Shown here: positions 1-14,276 of the stretch, piece after piece
Layout: the number at the start of each line of letters is the position of its first letter
Position numbering within the stretch: position 1 is the first letter of the stretch
DNA from: Salpingoeca rosetta
Lineage: Eukaryota; Protista; Choanoflagellata
DNA length: 56,612 nucleotides
Reading direction: 5' to 3'
NCBI GenBank assembly: GCA_033442325.1
Contig: JAWQFM010000029.1
Coordinates: 455,942-512,553 of the forward strand
The notes under the pieces: generated by a model
Seen by the model: the letters and a program-made list of their open reading frames with translations, nothing else
Database searches by the model: none
Told to the model about the DNA's origin: nothing
Translations under genes and position numbers: made by a program

Positions 1-2443
1 TGTGTGTATGTGTGTCATGGAGTGCGGAGGGGGAAAGCAGAGGAGGGGGCAGGAAAGGTGAACACGCCTGCTGTGCTCACATGCCATGCCTGTGCCTTGC
101 GTTTGATGATATCGTTGTGTCTTGTCGTTGTATGTGTTGGTTACATGGGCACCAGGGCCACATCAGAGGAGGGGAAAGCAGCCGCCATGAACGACCCATC
201 ATCATCATCATCATCAACCTTCCCCATTTCTCTCCCCTTTCTTTCTCTTCCACCTCAGCTCCGCTGTCACCATCATCACCATCATCGCCATCGACCGCAC
301 AGCCGCCATCACACTCCGGCCGACGCCAGCCCCAATCTGGCGTGATGCAGACATTGCACATGTCATTCGTTCTGACGAAGAGGTTAGCAATGTGTATGTG
401 CTTGGTGGTGGTGAGTGGGGACAACATGTGTGCGTGTGAATGTGTATCAGTGCGGGTGGTTGGATGGGGCTGGCGTGCGCTTGATGATGTTTCGCTGTCA
501 AGCTCATCCCCTGCATTCTCTCCCATTTTGTGTCTGTGCACACACGTTTAACAGCGTTGAGGAGGGGCGTGTCTGTGTGTGTGTGTATGTGTGTGTTTGT
601 GTGTGCATGGTTCATGCCAACGCCACCTGCACCATGGCGTCTTCCTGGCCCACCGTGCTCCAGATGGTGTGCGGCACACTGCTGTTTGCTCAAGGCGCCC
701 CCTCGACATGTGCAAGACTTATCGCATCAGCTCAGGCACGCAGCTGGTGTTCAGCAAAGAGGGCGGGCGGGGTCTGCCTCGACTACTCCCGGACCCAAGC
801 ATGCAGGCCAAGACATTGCCGTGCCGGACCCCCGGCAGCCTTCATCCAGACCGCACGAAGCACGGCAGCCCAGAACAGACACCATTGTGCTCGAAAACGC
901 CACCACAACCACAAACGTGCACGACCTCACCACATTCACGTGCAGGGACGTCAACGCGACCCTTTTGTTGGCCTCCGTGACCCGTTGCTGTTGTTCTTCT
1001 CCTTGTTGGTGGCCTGCTTCTTTTCCTCCAGCTTATCCACATTCGCCCCGTGTCGGTGCGCGGGGTCCGGCCTTGCTCCTTCCACCAGCACCACCCCTGC
1101 CCTTCTCCTCCTCCTCCTGCTCCACCAGCACCTTCTTCTTCTCCACCTCCTTCTTCTTCTCCTCCTCCTCCTTCTTCACCTTCTCCCCCATTGTCATTCC
1201 TTTCACCTCTGCCCTACTCTTCTCGTCTATTGCATCTGCCTTGCCCCTGGGGCGCCCTTTCCTTCTGCTTCTTCCTCCTTGGCCTGTTCCTCCTCCCCTA
1301 TTGGTTCTCCCTGCCGCGCCCTCAGCAGAGCCATGGGCGCTTGGTCAATAAACGGGAACGTCCTGAGAAACACCTCCCATGTGCACGGCGGCAGTGGCCA
1401 TCTCCCACCCCCACCATAGCTGGTTGCTTGGCGACCCATCGACTTTGTATGTGCACGCCGCCGATGCCCTGCCAACGTGCGGCGGGTATGCCACGGCTCG
1501 GGCTGTGCCAGCAGTCTGCTGGTTTGTTTGTTGTTTTGTTTGTTGTGTGAGGTGTTTGGTGGTCATTTTCCTCGAACCACCTCGACCACAACAAGCAAGA
1601 AGCAAGCAAGAAGCACAAGCGAACCAAGCCAAGACTGGTTGGGCAGATACCACGCACATCCACCGACTTTTGTTGTCCTTTGATTGTCAGGACAGCGCTG
1701 CCTCTCCCTCTGGCTCAAGTCCTCAGCTCTCCTCTCAGTCCACACCACCCTTGTGTGTGACCACAGGACCACGGTGTGCGTAAGCGTACTCGCCGCCTCA
1801 GGCTGACGGTTTCTTTGCTTCTTCTGCCAACTGCCTTGAGTTGCTGTGCATGTGTGTGTGAGCGGTTGGTCCAAAACGCACAAGACACCTTCTTGGGCCC
1901 GGAAGCGCGTTCGTTGTTGCTACCACCAGCTTCTCGCACTCACTCTCAGCTGCTCTTTTGTGGTTTGCGAAGAGCTGAGCGACCAGCCTTGCGTGCTCCC
2001 CCAGCATCCCCCCCCCAACAAAAAAAAAAAAAAAAAAGCTGGGCACCCGTCTCTCCTCTGTCTGTCTGTGTGTTTCGTCTCCTTTGTTGTTCCCCACCCC
2101 CCACCCAAACAAAAAAAAAAAAAAAGGCGAAAGCCACGCCCCCTCCTCCAGTTCTTCTTTTCCTTCTCTCTCCCTCTCTTGTGCGCACTGCAACCACAAC
2201 AACCAACCAACCGGTCCTTGCCACTCTTCTCTTTCTCCCCTTCCCCTCCAACCAAAGTAAACCAAAGTAAACCAACACAACCCCACTCCCCTCTTCCTCT
2301 CCCTGTTTGTCTCTCCCACGTCGACCATCTCCTCGATCGTCTCCTCTTCCTGGCACCTCGCCCCGCGCCACCAAGCCCTCAAGCCCGCCGTCCGCACCAC
2401 ACGGATTGCCCACTGAGCGATTGACCTCCAACCCCCCACACTC

Positions 2444-2508
<65 letters not shown>

Positions 2509-2511
<3 letters not shown>

Positions 2512-5500
2512 GCTGACCAGCGACTGACGCACGGCGTGTCCGTGGCAGCTGTGCGGCGGTTTCTGGGTGATCTGAAGCGCGAGTTCCCCGACACGTACAC
2601 TGAGATGACCACGGAGGATGCCTGCAAGCAACTGGTTGTGCCACGCACACGCCAGGACAACTGCGCCTACGTCGAGCAGCTGCGCAAGCAGTCGCCAGAA
2701 CACGTGAACAAGGCCACCGTCTTTGTGTCACACGCATGGCGGTACAAGATCGCAGACGTGCTCAACGTCTTGCTGGAGTTTGCGCAGCAGCAAGCAAGGA
2801 AGGACGACGGCCAGCCCGTGTTCTTCTGGTTTGACCTCTTTATGAACAACCAAAACGCCAACGTCACGGCCAACCTCCCACAAGAATGGTGCGTTTTGTG
2901 TGTGTCTGTGTGTGTGTCTGTGTCTGTGTCTGTGTGGTGTCTGTGTGTGTGCGTGTGCGTGTGTGTGTGTGCATATGTGTGTGTGTGTGTAACTCTTGTG
3001 CCCTTCAACAACCACTGCCACACGCACACGTACACAGACACACGCACACTGTTCCCTCACAAGAACTGCAACCCCTTTCCCTTTCCTCCGCCTTCCTTTG
3101 CCCTCCACCCTTCCCTCTCCCCCTTCCCCCTTTCTCAACACCCAGGTGGAGCACCACATTCAAGCAGTCGATTGCCAACATTGGCCATGTGCTGCTGGTG
3201 CTCATGCCGTGGCGAGACCCTGTTCCCTTGACCCGTGCCTGGTGCCTGTGGGAGATCTTCTGTGGCATCAGCAACGAAGGCACAGAGGTCACCATCCAAC
3301 TACCCAACAGCGAAGAACAGGCGCTCGAAAACGCCATTCGCAGCAGCTACAAAGCCGTCACAGACACGCTGGTGCGCGTGCAGGCACAAAGGGCCGACGC
3401 CTTTAACCCGCACGACAAACACATGATCTTCACAGCGATCGAGTCGTGGGCGGGCGGCTTCAGCGCAGTCAACCAAGCCGTGAAGGACCAGCTGCGCGCG
3501 TGGTGCCTGCAAAAGGCCGTAGCCGCCGTCGAAGCCATGCGAGCGCGTGGCGAGGACAGCACTGACGCCTTCGCGGGGCTGTGCCTCAACGTTGGGGCGG
3601 TGCTGAGCGACTTTGGCGAGCACGACAGGGCAATCGCCTACTTTGAGACAGCCCTGCCGATTTACCTCCGCACTGAAGGGGAGAAGGGCGAGGGCGTGGC
3701 GGCGCTGTACAACAACCTCGGCCTCGCCTACGACAACAAGGGCAAGTACGACAAGGCGATTGAGTTTTATGAGAAGGCCCTCGCCATCACGGTGGAGGCC
3801 TTGGGCGAGAAGCACCCGAGCACAGCCACGTCGTACAACAACCTCGGCAACGCCTACGCCGACAAGGGCGAGTACGACAGAGCAATTGCGTACGTTGAGA
3901 AGGCCCTCGCCATCACGGTGGAGACAGTGGGGGAGAAGCACCCGAGCACAGCGAGCACGTACGGCAACCTCGGCAACGCCTACGACAGCAAGGGCGATCA
4001 CGACAAGGCCGTCCACTTCTACGAGAAGGCGCTCGCCATCAAGGTGGAGACGCTGGGCGAGAAGCACCCGAGCACGGCCGACACATACAACAATCTCGGC
4101 GGCGCCTACGACAGCAAGGGCGACTACAAGAAGGCCATCCAGTTGTACGAGAAGGCCCTCGCCATCCAGGTGGAGACGTTGGGCGAGAAGCACCCGAGCA
4201 CAGCGAGCACCTACAACAACCTCGGCAACGCCTACGCCAGCAAGGGCGAGTACGACAGAGCCGTCCAGCAGTACGAGAAGGCGCTCGCCATCTACGCGGA
4301 GGCGTTGGGTGAGAAGCATCCCAGCACAGCGAGTACATACGGCAACCTCGGCGTTGCCTACCAGAACAAGGGCCACTACGACAAGGCGATTGAGCTGTAT
4401 GAGAAGGCCCTCGCCATCAGGGTGGAAGCGTTGGGTGAGAAGCACCCGAGCACAGCCACGTCGTACGGCAACCTCGGCGTTGCCTATCAGAACAAAGGCG
4501 AGTACGACAAGGCCATTGAGTTTTACGAGAAGGACCTTGCCATCACGGTGGAGACGTTGGGCGAGAGGCACCCGAGCACGGCCGACACGTACAACAACCT
4601 CGGCGAAGCATACCGCCACAAGGGCAAGTACGACAAGGCCATTGAGTTTTATGAGCAGGGGCTCGCCATCAAGGTGGAGACGCTGGGCGAGAAACACCCG
4701 AGCACAGCACAGACGTACAACAACCTCGGTATCGCCTACGACCACAAGGGCGACTTGGACAAGGCGGTTGAGTTTTATGAGCAGGGGCTCGCCATCAAGG
4801 TGGAGACGTTGGGCGAGAAGCACCCGAGCACAGCGAGCACATACAACAACCTCGGCCTTGCCTTCAAGAACAAGGGCCACTACGACAAGGCGGTTGAGTT
4901 TTATGAGCAGGCGAGGGCGGTGTACGTGGAGGCGTTGGGCGAGAAGCACCCGTACACAGCGATGACGCTTGCGAACATTGGCCTGCTGCACGACAAGCGC
5001 GGCGAAAAGGAGCAGGCTTGCGCCTACACGCAGCAGGCGCTCGACGCTTTCACAACCACGCTTGGGCCAGACCACCCAAACACCCGCAAGGCGAAGGGTT
5101 ATCTGCTGCGCATTTGCGGCAACGACGAGCGCGATGATGGCGGTGCACGCACGGCCGCGCGGGGCGAGGACGACGACGAGCAGCAACAAGGCGGCAGTGA
5201 GCAAGTGCAAGCTGTGGCTGGCCAACAAGACGCAGCAGACGAAGATGAGCTGCAGGAGCGTTCTCCACAACAGCCTCTGGCCGGCTGGCTGCAGAAGCGA
5301 GGGCAGTGGAACATCGCCTTTCGCACTCGCTGGTGTACCCTCGGCGACGACCACCTGACGTACAGCAAGGGTCCTTCCCTTGCAGAACGTGGGCGCATCC
5401 CCCTTTCCAGCGTGCTGTCAGCTGAGCTCGCCCATGGTGGCGAGGAGTTACACGTTGCTGTTCCTGGCCGCACCTTCGTCTTCCGCCTGGACGCGCGCTC

Positions 5501-5561
5501 TGACACCTCGCTCGCTGACTGGTGCACCGCCATCAACAGCCGCATCAACGTTACCACTTGA
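2509..5561 (+). CDS. HET/TIR-like N-terminal domain + ~12 TPR (42-aa, kinesin-light-chain type) repeats + C-terminal PH domain; 2 exons (2509-2888, 3146-5561)
   Basis: The GT..AG intron 2889-3145 joins QEW/WSTTF in frame. Motifs VFVSHAW, FWFDLFMNNQ and LTRAWCLWEI are HET/TIR-like. Tandem repeats have the form YNNLGxAYxxKGxYDKAIEFYEKALAIxVETLGEKHPST. PH motifs are LAGWLQKRG..RTRWC..GRIPL..GRTFVF..DWCTAI. Confidence 0.9.
3699..4958 (+). repeat. Coding tandem array of ten 126-bp (42-aa) TPR units, with degenerate capping units on each side (~3573 and ~4959-5084)
   Basis: GGCGAGAAGCACCCGAGCACAGC...ACAACCTCGGC recurs with a 126-nt period. Confidence 0.92.
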
Positions 5562-5574
5562 CTGTGCGCTGTGC

Positions 5575-5605
<31 letters not shown>

Positions 5606-7127
5606 GTGTGTGTGTGTGTGCTTGCTGGTTTGCTGGTTTCTCTCTTTGCTCCTTTGGTCTTGTCTTTCCTTTACATGCTTGCCACTTGCCTTGCCTTGCT
5701 TGACGTTGCTTTGTTTGTGTGACACTGTAGTAAACTCTTTACGCAATTCAACCGGCTGACAAGCAACGAGCAAACAACCTACCACACCACACGTCAACCA
5801 ACCAGGTCCTCTTTCACTCCCACGTCCACGCTCACAACGCCCGCCTTGCGCAGCAGCTCCAGGATGCGGCTGGTGGAAAGTAGTTCCATCAGCACGTTCG
5901 AGTGCGGCGGCATCGGCAACAGGTCGGCTACTCAGCGTGCACGGCGCCCAGCAGCCTTGTCGGAGGGCTGGGTCGTCAACCTGTACTCGTTGTCCGTCCA
6001 CGACCGTGCGGAACAGCACGTCGTCGCTGCAGGCCCACGCCAATCGAGAACGCCGGCTTGAGCGCGTGGGTGCGCCCCACTCTCGTGCTGCACCTCCTCC
6101 ACCGTCTCCTCCTCGGGGTTCAGGTTGCCCGTCACCAGCGACAGGACCCACCATGCCAAAGGGCTGCAGCGACATCAGGAACGTGAAAGGTCCGCGTTCC
6201 GGCAGCGCGTTTTCGCTATCTTGTCTCCACGTCGGTCTTGCTGCGCATCATGCCCGCGAACACGGCGGCAATCCCCGACAGCAGCTTCAGCTTCGTCTCG
6301 AACGGGGGCCTGCAGCGTCTTCTCGTTGACGACCACGTGTGTCCTTGCCCACCTCGCGCGCGCGCGTACTCGGGTGAGAAGTTAGAGCACATCTCCCGCG
6401 TTTGGGGCACACCCGTTCGTCTGCGCAAACCACAATCGTGTTGACGGGGTTGTTGTGCTGGAGCGTGCGCTTGGGGGTCTCGGCGGCCTCCACACGTGCC
6501 TGCCGGGGTTGGCGAGCGACCTGAACCCAAACGGCCGTCGGCGGCGGTGGGTCGATGGTGAGTCCGCCATCCCCGTTCACGCATCCCGACAGATGTGCTT
6601 GCTCTTGATGGTTGTTGGTGCTGGGGAGTGGGGGAGGAAACGACGCCACGGTAGACGACGGGCAAATGGCTGGGCGTGGATGTGGAGGCGTAGTGGCAAC
6701 GGAGCATGTCAGCTGTCCGCACTTGTCGACATAGATGAGAGGAGAGATGGTAGCCTGTTGGACATGCGAGAAGACGGGTGAGTGGTGGATGAGGAGCACG
6801 ACAAGTCCACACGGGGAACTCAGGTGAACCGCAAACAAGGGTGCAAACAAGGGCGCAAACGCACGCAAACGCGCACACATGTGAGCACACACACACACAC
6901 ATGAACGCACGGCCGATGGAGGTGTTTGTGTCGTTGGCTCGCCCAAGCACCGCCCCAACAGGATCAACGCGAAGGTCGTATGTGTGTGCGTGTGTGTGTG
7001 CGTGCAAAGATGCATTTGTGCATGTGTTTTCTGATGAACACAGTCCATGTTGTGTCTTGGCACGTGCTTGTTTGCATATTTTCTTACTCCTTATACCCGC
7101 TCCCCGTCTGTCACCTTCACTGAGCAG

Positions 7128-8719
<1,592 letters not shown>

Positions 8720-9543
8720 TGTAACGTCACAGCAGAACGTGCACATGCCATCAGTGTCAACGTTTACTTCTGTATCGTCCGCTCCACATTGACGTTGTTC
8801 ATGCAATGGTTCTCGCTGCCTCCTCCCTTTCCCTGAGAGGGTTGCGCAGCTCCCCGCACGCCCCTGTTGTATCTGCCCACCTTCGTGCTTGTTTTCATCG
8901 TGTGACTCGAAAAGAGTGATCTACTTGCTGCGAGAGCACGCCACAGCGCACGCATCGCAGGTCACGTCTTAATCATAAACAACAAACAGCGATGCTGCTG
9001 GTGTTGTTGATGTCGTGTTTGACGCGAGTGTCAAGAGGAGAAAGCAGACCCAACACAAACAGCGAAAACAGGACGCACACAGACATGTTGTGGATTGAAA
9101 GAAGGTGGTGGGACAGAGACTGTTTGAGGAGAGTGTGACGAGAAGCAAGCAGGGGGTTAGGGGAGGGGGGAACTGCACGCGGGAGGAAAGAACAGCAGAC
9201 ACTGAATAACAGCCGCTCCAAGCATTCCACAGACACAGTGTGTGTGTGTGTGTGCGTGTGTGTGTGTGGGTGTAGTTGTGAGCGAATGAAGGCGGGTGGC
9301 GGCTTTTGATGGCGCACACGCATGCAGCTTCATGGCACACAATAGCTGGGAGCGCATCTTGTGAACGGGGACAAGAAGAACTAACAGAGGAACAGTGAAA
9401 CAGAAGTGGTGGGTGGGGAGGCGGAGAATAGCTTGAAGAGAGAAGGAAAGCTCATGCAGCTAGCTGATATGAGACGAGGAAAAAACAGCAAAGACAAATG
9501 GGAAGCTTCGCGTCAAACGTATCGGTGTCGCGTCCAGGACACC

Positions 9544-9652
9544 TTATTGGCTGCTCATGAGGGCCTTAACCTTCTCACGCAACAGGTGGCGCAGGCACTC
9601 GTGCAGGAACACGTATTGCTCCTGCACGTGTGTGAATGCGTGTCGTACATGT

Positions 9653-9718
<66 letters not shown>

Positions 9719-10109
9719 GTGAGAACAGTAGGGTGTTCGAAGAAGCAGCAATCACCTCGCACGAGCAACGCGAGCATGCAATCATACAGCGTACAAGCAC
9801 ACCGAAAGTAAAATGAGCGCGGCGACCGTAAGCAGGAAACGTGGGCAACAAACCGCGCTCTGGACGAGGATGAGGCGGTGCTCGCGCATGCTGGAGATGA
9901 GGTCAAACAGCTCCGTGGCCGTGGCGTGATCATCTGCATCGAGTGCTGCCATCATTGTGTCGAGCGCAATCAGCGTTCCCGTGCGGCCGACACCGGCAGA
10001 GCAGTGCACAACCACGGGGCGCTCAAGCCCAATCTCCTCCATCTCCTGACGCATCAGGTTCCTGTACAGGACCAGGCGCAAGCGGCAAGCAGCAAGAAAA
10101 TCGACACGT

Positions 10110-10204
<95 letters not shown>

Positions 10205-13200
10205 GGAAGAGGAGGGGGGGGGGTGCAACGAGGGAAAGTAGGTACAAAGGCAGGAAGTGAGTGAGAAACGCGCGTCAGTGAGACAGTAACATATGTGACT
10301 GCACAGGACACATGTTGCAACAGCGCAGAGCATTCTTTGATGCGACGCCCATCATCTGCAACTCATGATACGCAGAACACAAGTCAGCCACATTTCATGT
10401 CCTTTGCGACTCATGCCATGCACCAAAACCGTACCTGAAGTTGATCATCGACTCCACGGTGTCCGGGCGGCCGTGATCAGGCCAATCGACAAACTGCATG
10501 TGCGAGATTGTGCGCTGAAACAGCCACAAACGACGGATGAAAAACAAAACAGATAGGGAGGGGCACAGTAACGGTGGTGAGAAGCGTGCACAAGTCGACA
10601 AAGAGCAGGGCGACATCCAGTTACACGGAAAAGAATCCAGCTGCAGGGTGCCTGTGTTCTGCCTGTGTTCACAGCGTAACCACAGCAGCAGCAGCAGCAA
10701 GTGCAAGCACTGCCCCAGACAACAGCTGGTTTCCACAAACGAACGAGACCCTTCGAAACTCACAGTCTCGCCCTCGTGGGTCAGTTCAAGGCTGCGCATG
10801 ACGAACGCCTCGTTGTCCGTTTCCTCCACAAGGCGCACGCGGTAAGGGCCAAAGTTCTGCACACGGTCGAGGGTAAAGGCAGCGTGGGTGGATGTGAGAA
10901 CGTGCTGTGGCATATGGGATGCAACAACTGGTGTGAAAAGAGACAGACAAGCCCTGCTGCAAGAGGGGAAAGAGGCGCAAAGTGTGGACCCACACACACA
11001 ACATGCCGCAAAATGACAGTCAATCCGTGGTGTGTATGCACGCACCTCCACGCTCTCTTCCTCCTCGTCGCTCTCGTCTGGGTCGCGCATGCGCGGGTGC
11101 ATGAGCGTGGGCAGATACACGTCGCACTTGCGGCGGCCGCGCTCAGCAAACTTGGTCACCATCACCACCAGGTTGGCATTCTGCTCCCACACCATCTGCC
11201 AGAAGCTGCAATCACGCGCGGCAACACAGGAAGATGCACGGTGAGAAATGTGTGAATGAGACGGCAGCAGTTGCAAGCTGGCGGATTGAGAGGGAGGAGG
11301 GGCAGAAGCCGCAACACACACACGCGCGCACACACACACAATAAATACAAACACGAAACACAAACAGTCAACGCAAACACGAAAGCAAGCGTACACACGC
11401 GCTGGTGAACACAACAAACCCGCCGCAACTCACTGGTGAGCAGTGTGCTGGAGAGGTCCCTGGGCGCAGATGTACTTGAGGTTGTTGTAGCCGGGAACGT
11501 GGTTGGCGTTGATGTAGTCGAGGTGGTCGTTGTGCTGGAATCGCAACGGAACAAGACGAGGAGGAGCAGGAAGAAAAGAGGGGTGAGAAAAGAAAGACGG
11601 GGAAGGAGAGGGAAACCACACACAAACACACACAATGCAAATGTGCAAGGAGTTGTGAGGTTAAGTGCACCGCTGACGAGGAAAAGTCACGTAACACCAA
11701 GCTAAACAAACAGGGAGGCATTGTCGCATTCTCTTCACCCACCGGTGCCGGGGTCAGCTTCACCCGAGTCTCAGGATAGGGCGCGATATCACTGTGCCAT
11801 GAAATGACATGGGTGATGGTGGGGTGGGGGGGGGGGGAATGTGCGCGCGCACGTGTGGGTGTGTGAGTGTACGTGATTGGCGCAGAGAACAGGGAGGAAG
11901 AGGAAGAAGAGAATGTGCCATTCTACTGAGATCGCACAGACGGCAACGACGTCACGTGTACCAACAATGCCAAGACTTCCACACAAACGCACAACACTAT
12001 TTCACAGGCTCACCTGTAACGGTTGCGTCTCTTGAAGGCTGGGTTCATCACGATTTCGCGCAGGCGTTCATTGTCTGCAGACGTGAACGAGCAATGAGCA
12101 GGCAACATAAAGGGGGGGGGAGATATAATTCCAACGTAATGGTGAGCGGGAGAAAATCCAACATCTGTGAAGACTGCCGGTGCTGTACAAGCAGATGCGA
12201 CATGGTTTGCGCTGCACTTGGGAACGAACCTGGACGTGGCAACCTGCGGTGCTGCATGGCCAGGCCGCTCGGGTTCTTCAGGTCCTCCTCCACTTCCTTG
12301 ATGCTCCTCAGCACGGACATCAGGTCAATGGGCTTTCGGGCTACCTCGGCCTCAGCCTTGTCTGCTTCTTCCTTTGCCTTGCGCTCTGCCTCAGCCTTCT
12401 CAGCCTCCTCCTTTGCCTTGCGCTCTGCCTCGGCCTTCTCTGCCTCCTCCTTTGCCTTGCGCTCTGCCTCAGCCTTCTCAGCCTCCTCCTTTGCCTTGCG
12501 CTCTGCCTCAGCCTTCTCTGCCTCCTCCTTTGCCTTGCGCTCAGCCTCAGCCGCCTTCTCTGCTTCTTCCTTTGCCTTGCGCTCTGCCTCGGCCTTCTCT
12601 GCCTCCTCCTTTGCCTTGCGCTCTGCCTCGGCCTTCTCAGCCTCCTCCTTTGCCTTGCGCTCAGCCTCAGCCGCCTTCTCTGCTTCTTCCTTTGCCTTGC
12701 GCTCTGCCTCAGCCTTCTCAGCCTCCTCCTTTGCCTTGCGCTCAGCCTCAGCCGCCTTCTCTGCTTCTTCCTTTGCCTTGCGCTCTGCCTCGGCCTTCTC
12801 AGCCTCCTCCTTTGCCTTGCGCTCTGCCTCAGCCTTCTCAGCCTCCTCCTTTGCCTTCTTCTCGGCCTCAGCCTTCTCTGCCTCTTCCTTTGCCTTGCGC
12901 TCTGCCTCAGCCTTCTCTGCCTCCTCCTTTGCCTTGCGCTCAGCCTCGGCCTTCTCTGCCTTCTTCTCGGCCTCAGCCTTCTCTGCCTCTTCCTTTGCCT
13001 TGCGCTCTGCCTCAGCCTTCTCTGCCTCCTCCTTTGCCTTGCGCTCAGCCTCGGCCTTCTCTGCCTCCTCCTTTGCCTTGCGCTCTGCCTCAGCCTTCTC
13101 AGCTTCCTCCTTTGCCTTGCGCTCAGCCTCAGCCTTCTCAGCCTCCTCCTTCGCCTTGCGTTCTGCTTCCTCCTTCGCCTTCTTTTCGGCTGCCTCCTTT

Positions 13201-14203
13201 GCCTTGCGTTGCTTCTCTTCCTTCTTCTTCTTCTCCGCGGCCTGCTTTTCCTTCTTCTCTGCGCGCTTCTTCTCCTCTTCCTCGCGCATGCGCTGCTTCT
13301 CCTCCTCAGCCTTCTTCTCCATCTCGCGGAACCGCCTCTCCATCTCCTCGCGGCGCTTGCGCGCCTGCTCCTCCTGCTTCTGGCGCTCCATCTCTTCGCG
13401 GCGCTTGCGCTCCTCCTTCAGCCGCTCCGCGCGCTCCTTGGCCGCCTTCATCCTCTCAATCTCCTTCGCCACCAGCTCGCGCTCCATCTGCTCGCGCTTT
13501 GCCTCCTTCTCCTTGCGCTGTTGAGGGTACAAGAAGGCACACAGGCACAACAAGCAGCGGGGGATGGGTGAGGGAGTATCGGTGATTGGGTGAGTGGGCG
13601 CGTGACTGGGTGCTGCAGCCGTGGGAGAAATGCGAGTGGCTTGCATCAACGGTGCACCACGACGCGTGAACACGAGGACACGTGAACACGAGGAAACGTT
13701 CGCGGGGGGGTGTCCACAACCGACGCCATCGACAAACCTCCCCCCTCTCACACACACACACACACACACACTATTGCAGCACAGTACACAACTGCGGGCG
13801 CACCTTCTCCTCTGCCGCGCGTTGCTGCTGCTCAAGCTCACGCTGCGCCTTCTCGCGGCGCTCCTGCAGATGCAACGAAAAACGCAAGCAACAAGGCGGA
13901 GAGGGCAAGTACGAAAATGAGCGGCAGCGAAGACACCTCAAACAAAGAATCCCGTGCACCACACACACACACACACACACACGTGCAAACAGCCGCGACC
14001 ACGGAATGACATTGGCACAAGCACACGAAATCAAAGAGCAAACCACGCATGCAACAGGCAGACACAAGCATGACGAACACAAACGCAGACACAAGCGAAC
14101 CTTTGCCAGCTGCTCCTCCTTCAGAGCTTCCTTGTGGCGTTGCTCGCGCTGCTTGCGAAGGGCTTCCTGCTGCCGACGCTCAGCCTGGGCAGGTGATATG
14201 CGA

Positions 14204-14235
<32 letters not shown>

Positions 14236-14240
14236 TGTTT

Positions 14241-14276
<36 letters not shown>

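Noticed and set aside
3699-4958. CRISPR-like repeat/spacer periodicity
   Set aside because: The units are in-frame coding TPR repeats with no unique spacers, and there are no cas genes.
3300-5354. 684-aa antisense ORF and 450-aa alternative-frame ORF over the TPR array
   Set aside because: These are shadow ORFs produced by repeat periodicity and GC3-biased codons.
11809-13585. Long + strand ORFs ([21 protein letters not shown] and PPPLPCA repeats)
   Set aside because: They are antisense shadows of the EAK repeat in the PTP gene.
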